Shown here piece after piece: positions 19,305 through 27,686 of a stretch of 36,503 nucleotides of DNA. Both the position numbers and the translations under genes were made by a program. The stretch is taken from the IMG/VR virus record IMGVR_UViG_2718218136_000002, positions 1 to 36,503 of that record; one strand, 5' to 3'. Numbering within the stretch: the stretch's first letter is position 1; each line of letters opens with the position of its first letter. The notes under the pieces are model-generated. The model did not search any database, had not been told where the DNA came from, and was given only the letters and a program-made list of their open reading frames with translations. The DNA comes from a virus. Its lineage: Duplodnaviria; Heunggongvirae; Uroviricota; Caudoviricetes.

Positions 19305-19307
19305 ATT

Positions 19308-19523
19308 ATGACGCTTGAGCGAATCAGCGCCTTTATCACGTATTGCATCGCCGTCGTGCTGGCCTGGCTGGGCGATTTGTCCATCAAGGATGCCTCAACG
19401 CTGGGCGGCCTGATGATTGGTGTGCTGATGCTGGCTATCAACTGGTACTACAAACACAAAGCCTACCAGCTTCTGCGCGACGGGCAGATCTCGCGGGAGG
19501 ACTATGAATCCATCAATCGTTAA
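19308..19523 (+). CDS. Holin
   Basis: 71 aa with two hydrophobic segments and a charged C-terminus. First gene of the lysis cassette. Confidence 0.7.
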   Translation: MTLERISAFITYCIAVVLAWLGDLSIKDASTLGGLMIGVLMLAINWYYKHKAYQLLRDGQISREDYESINR

Positions 19524-20016
19524 ACGCTGCCTTGTCGGGACCGTGCTGGCTATTGCTGCCACGCTGCCGGGTTTTCAGCAGCTTCACACCTCCGTGGAGG
19601 GGCTGAAACTGATTGCCGATTACGAAGGCTGTCGTCTGCAGCCGTATCAGTGCAGCGCGGGTGTCTGGACCGACGGCATTGGTAATACATCGGGCGTCAT
19701 TCCCGGCAAAACCATTACGGAGCGACAGGCAGCGGAAGGGCTGATCTCCAACGTGCTGCGTGTGGAGCGGGCGCTGGAAAGGTGTGTGAAGCAACAGCCG
19801 CCGCAGAAGGTGTATGACGCGGTGGTGTCGTTTGCCTTCAACGTGGGAACGGGCAATGCCTGCAGTTCCACGCTGGTGAAATTACTCAACCAGCGGCGCT
19901 GGGCGGATGCGTGCCGACAGTTGCCGCGCTGGGTTTATGTGAAAGGTGTTTTTAATCAGGGGCTGGATAACCGCCGTGCGCGGGAGATGGCCTGGTGCTT
20001 ACAGGGAGCAAACTGA
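19504..20016 (+). CDS. Endolysin, lysozyme family; likely SAR (signal-anchor-release) type
   Basis: Weakly hydrophobic Gly/Ala-rich N-terminus (CLVGTVLAIAATLPG) followed by a lysozyme-like E...D/C...T region (SVEGLKLIADYEGCRLQPYQCSAGVWTDGIGNT). Confidence 0.85.
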   Translation: MNPSIVKRCLVGTVLAIAATLPGFQQLHTSVEGLKLIADYEGCRLQPYQCSAGVWTDGIGNTSGVIPGKTITERQAAEGLISNVLRVERALERCVKQQPPQKVYDAVVSFAFNVGTGNACSSTLVKLLNQRRWADACRQLPRWVYVKGVFNQGLDNRRAREMAWCLQGAN

Positions 20017-20017
20017 A

Positions 20018-20395
20018 ATGAAAAAGAAATTAATCAGCGGGCTGTTTCTGATGTTATGGATGGGGCTGTTGATCGCAACAATGATGTATCCACAGGGGAT
20101 TTTTCCGGTACTGGCAGCATCTGGTGTCTGGGTAGCCTGTCTGCTGACATGGGCAGTAATTCCGGTAGCACTGGCTGCGTTAATTAAGAACGGTCCGCTC
20201 TGGCAGGAGTTGAGGGCATCTTTGCTGAAGAGCATTACCCGAAAAGAAAACGTATTTATCAGCTGGGTGATGCGATTGCTGATTGTCGTCAGTCTCGCCT
20301 GGACGGGGTGGGCCATTACCCTGGTCTTTTATCTGCTGACCGTTATTGCCTTCTGGATCACCCGTAATCAGATGGCGCAACAGGTAGCAGCATGA
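20018..20395 (+). CDS. Lysis-associated membrane protein (P2 LysA-like)
   Basis: 126 aa with about four predicted transmembrane helices, between endolysin and spanins. Confidence 0.6.
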   Translation: MKKKLISGLFLMLWMGLLIATMMYPQGIFPVLAASGVWVACLLTWAVIPVALAALIKNGPLWQELRASLLKSITRKENVFISWVMRLLIVVSLAWTGWAITLVFYLLTVIAFWITRNQMAQQVAA

Positions 20396-20820
20396 ACCGG
20401 TTGATGCTGGTTGTGCTGACGTTATTACTGGCGGCGCTGGGCTGGCAGACGTGGCGGCTGGCTGATGCCAGCCAGACCATCAGCACGCAGGCAGACGAGC
20501 TGCAGAGCAAAAGCCAGGCACTGGCAAAGAGCAACAGCCAGCTTATCAGCCTGTCCATTCTGACTGAAACCAATAACCGGGAGCAGGCGCGGCTCTATGC
20601 CGAAGCAGAACAGACCAGCACGCTGCTGAGACAACGACAACACCGGATCGAGGAACTGAAACGTGAGAACGAGGATTTACGCCGCTGGGCTGATACTCCT
20701 TTGCCTGCTGACATTATCCGGCTGCGGAAACGTCCGGCACTCACCGGAGGTATGGCTTACCGTCAGTGGTTGTCCGCGAGTGACGCCGTGTCGGCTGGAT
20801 CAGGCAACGCCGCGCACTAA
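20392..20820 (+). CDS. Inner-membrane spanin (LysB/Rz-like)
   Basis: N-terminal TM segment then a coiled-coil periplasmic domain. Confidence 0.7.
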   Translation: MNRLMLVVLTLLLAALGWQTWRLADASQTISTQADELQSKSQALAKSNSQLISLSILTETNNREQARLYAEAEQTSTLLRQRQHRIEELKRENEDLRRWADTPLPADIIRLRKRPALTGGMAYRQWLSASDAVSAGSGNAAH

Positions 20821-20953
20821 CGGTGATCTGAACGCGTTGCTGGATGAAACGGAGGCCGCCTGGGCGGTCTGTGCAGACAAAGTGGACATGATTATTGCGT
20901 GTCAGGAGCGAAACAGTGAACAAACCACAATCCCTGCGCCACGCCCTCAATAA
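20663..20953 (+). CDS. Outer-membrane lipoprotein spanin (LysC/Rz1-like), overlapping the LysB 3-prime end in another frame
   Basis: Lipobox LTLSGC after a short hydrophobic signal. GTG start. Pro-rich. Overlapped arrangement as in P2 lysB/lysC. Confidence 0.65.
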   Translation: MRTRIYAAGLILLCLLTLSGCGNVRHSPEVWLTVSGCPRVTPCRLDQATPRTNGDLNALLDETEAAWAVCADKVDMIIACQERNSEQTTIPAPRPQ

Positions 20954-21347
20954 AGCGGTGCCTTATGTCCGCAATAACCCGGACAAACTGCATCTGTTTG
21001 TGGATAACGGTTCGCTGGTTGCCACGGGGGCCAGCTCCATGTCGTGGGAGTACCGTTACACACTGAACGCGGTGATTGAGGATTTCAGCGGCGACCAGAA
21101 TCTGCTGATGGCCCCGGTTTTGCTGTGGCTGAGGGATAACCAGCCCGATGCCATCAATAACCCGGCGTTACGGGAAAAGCTATTCACCTTTGAGGTGGAT
21201 ATTCTGCGCAACGATGTCTGTGATATCAGCCTGAACCTGCAACTGACGGAACGTGTGCTGGTCAGCACTGACGGCAGTGTGTCGAGCGTTGAAGCTATAG
21301 CGGAACCTGATGCACCTGAAGAAATGTGGACGGTGAAACGTGGCTGA
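20895..21347 (+). CDS. R: Tail completion protein (P2 gpR-like); start may instead be GTG at 20916
   Basis: ..FVDNGSLVATGASSMSWEYRYTLNAVIEDFSGDQNLL.. resembles P2 gpR. Confidence 0.85.
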   Translation: MRVRSETVNKPQSLRHALNKAVPYVRNNPDKLHLFVDNGSLVATGASSMSWEYRYTLNAVIEDFSGDQNLLMAPVLLWLRDNQPDAINNPALREKLFTFEVDILRNDVCDISLNLQLTERVLVSTDGSVSSVEAIAEPDAPEEMWTVKRG

Positions 21348-21786
21348 ACTGCAGAAGGTGGACGACTGGCTGAGTGCCTTGCTGGCGAATCTGGAACCAG
21401 CCTCGAGAAGCCGCATGATGCGCCAGCTGGCGCAGGAACTTCGCCGGACACAGCAGCAGAATATCAGGATGCAGCGCAATCCTGACGGCAGCAGCTATGA
21501 ACCGCGACGGGTAACAGCACGCAGTAAAAAAGGCCGTATCAAACGTCAGATGTTTGCAAAGCTGCGCACCACAAAATACCTGAAAACTGCCGCCAGCACC
21601 GACTCTGCCAGCGTGCAGTTTGAAGGCAAGGTGCAGCGCATTGCCCGCGTTCACCATTACGGCCTGCGAGATCGCGTCAGTCGTAAGGGACCGGAGGTGC
21701 GTTACGCAGAGCGTCGCCTTCTGGGTGTAAATGATGATGTTGAGGCAATGACCCGCGACATGATTCTGCAATGGCTGGCGGGGTGA
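21340..21786 (+). CDS. S: Tail completion protein (P2 gpS-like)
   Basis: 148 aa. GTG start overlapping the R stop. Confidence 0.85.
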   Translation: MAELQKVDDWLSALLANLEPASRSRMMRQLAQELRRTQQQNIRMQRNPDGSSYEPRRVTARSKKGRIKRQMFAKLRTTKYLKTAASTDSASVQFEGKVQRIARVHHYGLRDRVSRKGPEVRYAERRLLGVNDDVEAMTRDMILQWLAG

Positions 21787-21790
21787 TCTT

Positions 21791-21808
21791 TGTATCAGCA
21801 CTGATACA
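21791..21808. promoter_or_regulatory. Perfect palindromic TGT-N12-ACA dyad, candidate Ogr-type late promoter element (V promoter)
   Basis: TGTATCAGCACTGATACA, centred about 55 bp upstream of the V start codon. Confidence 0.5.
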
Positions 21809-21854
21809 AGTTGCAGCACTGCCGCCTTTCTTCCCCTGATGGCAACCTTTCCCT

Positions 21855-22433
21855 ATGAACGCACAATTAACCGAAATCATGCGCCTTATCACCAACCTGA
21901 TCCGCACAGGGGTAGTCACCGAAGTGGACAGGGAAAACTGGCTTTGCCGGGTGAAAACGGGCGAGCTTGAAACCAACTGGATCAGCTGGCTGACGCTGCG
22001 TGCCGGGAATGCCCGTACATGGTGGCGACCATCGGAAGGTGAGCAGGTGGTGCTGCTGAGTCTGGGCGGCAATCTGGAAACCGCCTTTGCGCTGCCCGCT
22101 GTCTATTCGAATCAGTTCGCACCACCGTCGACGTCGGCGGACGCCTGCGTGACAGAACATCCTGACGGTGGCTGGTTTGAATACGAACCCGCCACCGGGC
22201 GCTGGTATGTCAGGGGCATCAAATCAATGGTCATTGAGGCTGCTGACAACATCACCATGAAAACCAGTGAGTTTGTACTGGAGGCTGACCGCACGCGCAT
22301 TAACAGCGAAGTGGTGATCAATGGTGGCGTTACCCAGGGCGGCGGAGCGATGAGTTCTAACGGGATCGTGGTTGATGCGCATCAGCATACTGGCGTCCTG
22401 AAAGGCGGCGATACAACCGGAGGCCCGGTATGA
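21855..22433 (+). CDS. V: Baseplate spike/assembly protein (P2 gpV-like)
   Basis: 192 aa, ..WISWLTLRAGNARTWWRPSEGEQVVLLSLGGNLETAFALPAVYS.. resembles P2 gpV. Confidence 0.9.
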   Translation: MNAQLTEIMRLITNLIRTGVVTEVDRENWLCRVKTGELETNWISWLTLRAGNARTWWRPSEGEQVVLLSLGGNLETAFALPAVYSNQFAPPSTSADACVTEHPDGGWFEYEPATGRWYVRGIKSMVIEAADNITMKTSEFVLEADRTRINSEVVINGGVTQGGGAMSSNGIVVDAHQHTGVLKGGDTTGGPV

Positions 22434-22789
22434 CGCTTTATAGCGGGATGAACAATACCAGCGGCAAAGTCATTACTGATATTGATCATCTGCGCCAGTC
22501 GGTGCGGGACATTCTGCTGACACCGCAGGGTAGCCGTATTGCCCGCCGGGAATATGGTTCCCTGCTGTCGGCACTGATAGATCAGCCACAAAATCCGGCA
22601 TTACGCCTGCAGGTCATGTCGGCAGTGTATGTGGCGCTGAGTCGCTGGGAGCCACGGTTGACGCTGGATTCCATCACCATCAACAGTAATTTTGACGGTT
22701 CAATGGTGGTGGAGCTGACCGGGCGGCGGAATAACGGTGTGCCTGTGTCCCTTTCCGTATCAACAGGAGCAGAGAATGGCAGTGATTGA
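22430..22789 (+). CDS. W: Baseplate protein (P2 gpW-like, gp25 family)
   Basis: 119 aa. Start overlaps the V stop. Confidence 0.88.
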   Translation: MTLYSGMNNTSGKVITDIDHLRQSVRDILLTPQGSRIARREYGSLLSALIDQPQNPALRLQVMSAVYVALSRWEPRLTLDSITINSNFDGSMVVELTGRRNNGVPVSLSVSTGAENGSD

Positions 22790-23684
22790 CCTTTCGCAGT
22801 TGCCTGCGCCGCAGATTGTGGATGTGCCGGACTTTGAGACGCTGCTTACCGAACGCAAGGCAGAATTTGTGGCGCTTCATCCGAAAGATGAGCAGGAAGC
22901 AGTGATCCGCACGCTGGAACTGGAATCTGAACCCGTCACCAAATTGTTGCAGGAGAATGCTTACCGTGAGTTGCTTCTGCGCCAGCGCATTAACGAAGCC
23001 GCGCAGGCTGTGATGGTGGCTTACGCGATGGGCGGCGATCTTGACCAGCTCGCTGCCAACTACAACGTGAAACGCCTGACGGTGACGCCTGCTGATAATG
23101 ACGCTGTGCCGCCCGTTGCGGCTGTGATGGAAAGCGATGAAGCGTTACGCCTGCGTGTGCCTGCAGCCTTTGAAGGGCTTTCAGTTGCGGGGCCAACTGC
23201 AGCTTATGAATTTCATGCCCGAAGCGCCGACGGTCGGGTGGCGGATGCCAGTGCAACCAGCCCGGCACCTGCAGAGGTGGTGCTGACTGTCCTTAGCCGC
23301 GAAGGCGATGGAACCGCAGAAAAAGACCTGCTGGACGTGGTGGAAAAAGCTCTGAACAGTGAGAACGTCCGCCCGGTGGCTGACCGTCTTACGGTTCGCA
23401 GCGCAGAAATCATCCCGTATCGCGTGGAAGCCACCATTTTTCTCTATCCTGGACCGGAAGCAGAGCCGGTAATGGCAGCGGCAAAAGCCAGCCTGCAGAA
23501 GTACATCGCCAGTCAGACGCGTCTTGGTCGGGATATTCGCCGTAGCGCCATCTTTGCCGCCCTGCATGTTGAGGGGGTGCAGCGTGTGGAGCTGGCTTCT
23601 CCTCTGGCGGATGTGGTCCTGAACAAAACACAGGCGGCATCATGTACGCAGTGGAGCGTAACCAACGGAGGAACGGATGAATAG
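22776..23684 (+). CDS. J: Baseplate assembly protein (P2 gpJ-like)
   Basis: ATG at 22776 with AGGAG RBS. About 302 aa. Confidence 0.9.
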   Translation: MAVIDLSQLPAPQIVDVPDFETLLTERKAEFVALHPKDEQEAVIRTLELESEPVTKLLQENAYRELLLRQRINEAAQAVMVAYAMGGDLDQLAANYNVKRLTVTPADNDAVPPVAAVMESDEALRLRVPAAFEGLSVAGPTAAYEFHARSADGRVADASATSPAPAEVVLTVLSREGDGTAEKDLLDVVEKALNSENVRPVADRLTVRSAEIIPYRVEATIFLYPGPEAEPVMAAAKASLQKYIASQTRLGRDIRRSAIFAALHVEGVQRVELASPLADVVLNKTQAASCTQWSVTNGGTDE

Positions 23685-24282
23685 TCTGCTGCCACCGGGT
23701 TCAACACCACTGGAGCGCCGACTGGCGCAAACCTGCAGCGGGATTTCTGATCTGCAGGTGCCGCTTCGTGACTTGTGGAATCCGGCAACCTGTCCGGTCA
23801 GTTTCCTGCCTTATCTCGCCTGGGCGTTCTCTGTGGATCGCTGGGACGAGGGCTGGACAGAAAGCGTCAAGCGCCAGGTGGTGAAGGATGCTTTTTATAT
23901 TCATCAGCATAAAGGGACCACCAGTGCCGTGCGGCGGGTGGTGGAGCCGTTCGGATTCCTGATCCGCATTATTGAGTGGTGGCAGACCGGAGAAACACCG
24001 GGCACGTTTCGCCTGGATATCGGCGTGCAGGACCAGGGCATCACTGAAGATACCTATCTGGAACTTGAGCGACTGATAAGCGATGCCAAACCATGTAGCC
24101 GCCACATGATCGGCATGTCCATCAATCTGCAGACCAGCGGCCCGCATTGGGTGGGAGCCGCCAGCTATCTTGGCGAAGAAATCACGATCTATCCGTATAT
24201 CAACGAAACGATTATTTCCGGTGGCACCGCGCATGAAGGCGGGGCGGTCCATGTTATTGACACAATGAGAGTGAATCCATGA
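23677..24282 (+). CDS. I: Baseplate protein (P2 gpI-like)
   Basis: 201 aa. Overlaps the J stop and H start. Confidence 0.88.
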   Translation: MNSLLPPGSTPLERRLAQTCSGISDLQVPLRDLWNPATCPVSFLPYLAWAFSVDRWDEGWTESVKRQVVKDAFYIHQHKGTTSAVRRVVEPFGFLIRIIEWWQTGETPGTFRLDIGVQDQGITEDTYLELERLISDAKPCSRHMIGMSINLQTSGPHWVGAASYLGEEITIYPYINETIISGGTAHEGGAVHVIDTMRVNP

Positions 24283-25958
24283 GCACAAAATTTTATACCC
24301 TGCTGACGGATATTGGCGCGGCGAAACTTGCCAGCGCCGCCGCGCTCGGTGTGCCGCTAAAAATTACCCATATGGCGGTGGGCGATGGCGGTGGAGTATT
24401 GCCAACGCCGGACGCAAAGCAGACGGCACTGGTAAATGAGAAACGCCGGGCTGCGCTGAATATGCTTTATATCGACCCGCAGAACCGCAGCCAGATTATT
24501 GCCGAACAGGTGATCCCTGAAAACGAGGGCGGTTGGTGGATACGTGAAGTGGGCTTGTTTGATGAGTCCGGGGCATTGATTGCCGTGGGCAACTGCCCGG
24601 AAAGCTATAAGCCGCAACTGGCTGAAGGTAGCGGGCGCACTCAGACCGTGCGCATGGTGCTGATTACCAGCAGCACGGACAATATCACCCTGAAAATCGA
24701 CCCTGCTGTAGTGCTGGCAACCCGCAAGTATGTGGATGACAAGGCACTGGAGCTGAAGGTGTACGCGGATGATCAGATGGCAAAACATCTTGCCGCACCG
24801 GACCCGCATTCACAGTACGCGCCAAAAGCCAGCCCGACATTTACCGGAACCCCCAAAGCGCCAACGCCAGCGGCGGGGAATAATACCACGCAGGTTGCGA
24901 CCACTGCGTTTGTACAGGCGGCACTGACGGCCCTTATTAATGGTGCGCCAGCCACGCTGGACACGCTGAAAGAAATAGCCGCAGCCATTAACAATGATCC
25001 GAATTTCAGTACCACCATTAACAATGCGCTGGCACTAAAAGCACCGTTGTCGAGTCCGGCACTCACCGGAACGCCAACAGCCCCCACGGCGGCGCAGTCG
25101 GTCAACAATACACAGATTGCCACTACGGCTTTTGTGAAATCGGCGATTGCAGGAATGGTGGGTTCTGCACCTGCTGCACTGGATACACTGAACGAACTGG
25201 CGGCGGCACTGGGGAATGATCCGAACTTTGCCACGACAATGCTTAATGCGCTGGCAGGTAAACAACCGCTGGACAATACGCTTACCAATTTGAGTGGAAA
25301 GGATGTAGCTGGTCTTCTCAAATACCTTGGTTTGGGAGCATCGGCTTTCGGGCTAAAAAACGTTGTGTATTACACATCGGCTCAGGTCGTGCAGTGGCCT
25401 GTACCAGATATCCTGAAACAAGGGCGCCGTTGCTACGTCGTCGTGATTGGTGGTGGTGCTTCGGGGGCATACGGTAACGAAAAAGCAGGTGGAACGGGTG
25501 GTTCGTCAGGGGGCCGGTCAGAAAAAATCGTAGACCTGACCGGTGTTGATGAGGTGACGGTAACAGTTGGGGCTGGCGGGGCTGCGATAGACTCAAATAA
25601 CTCGGCAGGTAACCCAGGAGCTACTTCATCATTCGGCACTTATTTATCAGCAACAGGAGCGCCAGCTACAAACATATTCTCGAGTCAACCAGGTGGGAAA
25701 GGAATTGGTGGGGATGTGAATATTGCAGGATTTCCAGGAACGCCTGCGGTTGTTTGTTCCACTGATGGAAAAAGGATAGGGGGTAATGGTGGCGGCCCAG
25801 GGGCTGGAGCAGGGAAATATGACACCACTCAGCAGGGAGCTGAGTATGAGCGAAATGCTCGATTCCCCGGCTCAGGCGGGGCTGGTCTTGCGTACTATTC
25901 CGGGTTGACAGGTTCTACAGGACGCGGTGCTGATGGTGCCGTATACATCTACTGGTGA
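24279..25958 (+). CDS. H: Tail fibre protein (P2 gpH-like constant N-terminal part fused to a glycine-rich variable C-terminus lying inside the invertible segment)
   Basis: N-terminus MSTKFYTLLTDIGAAKLA... Repeated ..PALTGTPTAPT..NNTQIATTAFV.. and DTLNELAAALGNDPNFATTMLNALAGKQP motifs typical of side tail fibres. Crossover site inside the gene at 25315-25340. Confidence 0.9.
   Translation: MSTKFYTLLTDIGAAKLASAAALGVPLKITHMAVGDGGGVLPTPDAKQTALVNEKRRAALNMLYIDPQNRSQIIAEQVIPENEGGWWIREVGLFDESGALIAVGNCPESYKPQLAEGSGRTQTVRMVLITSSTDNITLKIDPAVVLATRKYVDDKALELKVYADDQMAKHLAAPDPHSQYAPKASPTFTGTPKAPTPAAGNNTTQVATTAFVQAALTALINGAPATLDTLKEIAAAINNDPNFSTTINNALALKAPLSSPALTGTPTAPTAAQSVNNTQIATTAFVKSAIAGMVGSAPAALDTLNELAAALGNDPNFATTMLNALAGKQPLDNTLTNLSGKDVAGLLKYLGLGASAFGLKNVVYYTSAQVVQWPVPDILKQGRRCYVVVIGGGASGAYGNEKAGGTGGSSGGRSEKIVDLTGVDEVTVTVGAGGAAIDSNNSAGNPGATSSFGTYLSATGAPATNIFSSQPGGKGIGGDVNIAGFPGTPAVVCSTDGKRIGGNGGGPGAGAGKYDTTQQGAEYERNARFPGSGGAGLAYYSGLTGSTGRGADGAVYIYW
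25315..25340. promoter_or_regulatory. Left 26-bp Gin/Pin-type inversion crossover site, inside the tail fibre gene
   Basis: TTCTCAAATACC TT GGTTTGGGAGCA. Half-sites resemble the gix-type half-site TTATCCAAAACC. Its right half-site is the reverse complement of the left half-site at 26897-26908. Confidence 0.6.
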
Positions 25959-25968
25959 GGTAATTATG

Positions 25969-26133
25969 TGGGCACGAATTGAAAATAATATTGTACTGGA
26001 ATTGACCGATATAGACCCCGCCGGTCGTTTCCATCCGTCACTAATTTGGGTTGAATGCCCTGCGGATACTCAGCAGGGCTATATTTACAGCAACGGCGAA
26101 TTTACGCCACCGCCGGAGGTGTTGGCCAGTTGA
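25969..26133 (+). CDS. Small hypothetical protein after the active tail fibre C-terminus (possible fibre chaperone or remnant)
   Basis: 54 codons, MWARIENNIVLELTDIDPAGRFHPSLIWVECPADTQQGYIYSNGEFTPPPEV, with GGTGAGG RBS. No confident family. Confidence 0.35.
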   Translation, partial: WARIENNIVLELTDIDPAGRFHPSLIWVECPADTQQGYIYSNGEFTPPPEVLAS

Positions 26134-26536
26134 TATCCGGTGCGCTGGATGTGTCCACAGCTTCCAGCGCGTCCAGATAATCCAGCCACAAATTATATTG
26201 CGCCAGTTCCTCACCTTTCAGACGACCAATAGCCGCTTTACCAGGCCATTGTTTACTGTTCATATAATCGTTGGCCTGATTAATCAGTTGCTGCTTTTCC
26301 TGTTCGGCTGCAGCAATCTGTTCCTCATGTGTTGGTGGTGGAATTTCAGACCATGCAGGAAAACCATTTTCTCCAGCGATACGGATTTTTCCTTTCGGCG
26401 GTAATCCGGAAAACGCAATATACACTTGCTCATCAACTTCAACAGCATCATCTGGCCATGAGTCAGCTTGAGTGTAATCCTCTTTCATCTCCAGCGGATA
26501 GAAAGAGTTTGTAGTCGCGGAATATATGTAATTCAT
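26102..26536 (-). CDS. Tail fibre assembly protein (Tfa, lambda/e14 TfaE-like), belonging to the alternative (currently silent) fibre orientation
   Basis: 144 aa, MNYIYSATTNSFYP... with C-terminal ..LWLDYLDALEAVDTSSAPDINWP.., the conserved Tfa signature. Confidence 0.85.
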   Translation of the reverse strand: MNYIYSATTNSFYPLEMKEDYTQADSWPDDAVEVDEQVYIAFSGLPPKGKIRIAGENGFPAWSEIPPPTHEEQIAAAEQEKQQLINQANDYMNSKQWPGKAAIGRLKGEELAQYNLWLDYLDALEAVDTSSAPDINWPTPPAVA

Positions 26537-26557
26537 TTTTCACTCCATATAGCTAAA

Positions 26558-26908
26558 TTAACAGCCTAACGCTAAAAATGAAGCGCCGAGGCCAGGAGTA
26601 CTGGCTCTGGATATAAATTTAACCGGGTCGGGACTAAAACCTGCACAGGCAATATAACCAACAGCCCCGCTATCTGGTGTGTAGTCTTGTGAGACCAAAA
26701 CACGCAGACATCTGTTTGGAAATGCAATCGGGAAATGGGTTACTACATCCTGTGCAATACCTGGTGCGCCGATTGAGCCCCACTGAAGAATAAAACCTGA
26801 TGGTAATTTTTGATATCCAGTACCTGAAACAGAAAGCGTGAAGCTACCCATATCAGGTATCTGATTCGCCCCTGTCCCTACATCCCGTTTTGCCGCTTCT
26901 CCCAAACC
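26558..26908 (-). other. Alternative tail fibre C-terminal coding segment (Hv-prime), promoterless and start-less in the current orientation
   Basis: Open frame continuous from the crossover site. It reads ..[14 protein letters not shown].. in the same phase as the constant H segment ..KYLGLGAS.., so inversion would fuse it in frame. Confidence 0.65.
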
Positions 26909-26922
26909 AACGTTTAAGAAAA
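26897..26922. promoter_or_regulatory. Right 26-bp Gin/Pin-type inversion crossover site
   Basis: TTCTCCCAAACC AA CGTTTAAGAAAA. Inverted relative to 25315-25340. 56 bp upstream of the invertase start. Confidence 0.6.
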
Positions 26923-26977
26923 TGCAGAGGTAACAGCTAACTGGCATCATCTCCGGTTTTTATTCAGGGGATTGATC

Positions 26978-27544
26978 ATGCTAATTGGCTATGTACGCGT
27001 GTCAACAAATGACCAGAACACCGATTTGCAACGTAATGCACTGAACTGCGCGGGATGTGAGCTGATTTTTGAGGACAAAATCAGTGGCACTAAGTCCGAC
27101 AGACCGGGGCTTAAAAAACTGCTCAGGACACTATCGGCAGGTGACACACTGGTTGTCTGGAAGCTGGACAGGTTGGGGCGCAGTATGCGGCATCTTGTTA
27201 CGCTGATAGAAGAGTTGCGCCAGCGCGGCGTGAATTTCCGAAGCCTGACTGACAGTATTGATACCAGCACCCCAATGGGCCGTTTCTTTTTTCATGCCAT
27301 GGGTGCCCTGGCTGAAATGGAACGCGAACTGATAGTTGAACGTACCAGGGCGGGGATTGCTGCAGCTCGTGCTAAAGGCAGAGTAGGTGGACGCCGTCCT
27401 AAGTTGACCACTGAACAGTGGGCACAGATTGGACGTTTACTCGAGGCCGGAGAATCAAGACAGCGTATTACACTGATTTTTGATGTAGGCGTTTCTACCA
27501 TTTATAGAAAATTTCCGGCAAATAAGAGCAATGAATCCCCCTGA
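26978..27544 (+). CDS. Serine DNA invertase (Gin/Pin/Hin/Cin family)
   Basis: MLIGYVRVSTNDQNTDLQRNAL... with the catalytic Ser in the YVRVST context, ..VWKLDRLGRSMRHL.., and a C-terminal HTH. ATG at 26978. Confidence 0.92.
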   Translation: MLIGYVRVSTNDQNTDLQRNALNCAGCELIFEDKISGTKSDRPGLKKLLRTLSAGDTLVVWKLDRLGRSMRHLVTLIEELRQRGVNFRSLTDSIDTSTPMGRFFFHAMGALAEMERELIVERTRAGIAAARAKGRVGGRRPKLTTEQWAQIGRLLEAGESRQRITLIFDVGVSTIYRKFPANKSNESP

Positions 27545-27592
27545 ATCAGCATAATTTTGATTATCCCTGCAAGCAGACAAATACCGTCATTT

Positions 27593-27610
27593 TGTGTGAA
27601 TAACGGTACA
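27593..27610. promoter_or_regulatory. TGT-N12-ACA dyad, candidate Ogr-type late promoter element (FI promoter)
   Basis: TGTgtgaataacggtACA, about 75 bp upstream of the FI start. Resembles the dyad at 15883-15900. Confidence 0.5.
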
Positions 27611-27686
27611 ACTGCGCTTAGCTGTTTGTCAGGCACAATCACTTCAACATAGGGCGAAGCCTAATCCAATCAGGAGGTTCGCCACT

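Larger units (their letters stand above)
25329..26908. mobile_element. Invertible DNA segment (G/C/P-segment analogue) carrying alternative tail fibre C-termini and chaperone genes
   Basis: Bounded by inverted 26-bp sites with complementary central dinucleotides (TT at 25327-25328, AA at 26909-26910). Contains convergently oriented gene sets, with an invertase gene immediately outside. Confidence 0.6.

Noticed and set aside
24773-25321. 182-aa minus-strand ORF
   Set aside because: Antisense within the tail fibre gene H. Ala/Ser-rich shadow frame.
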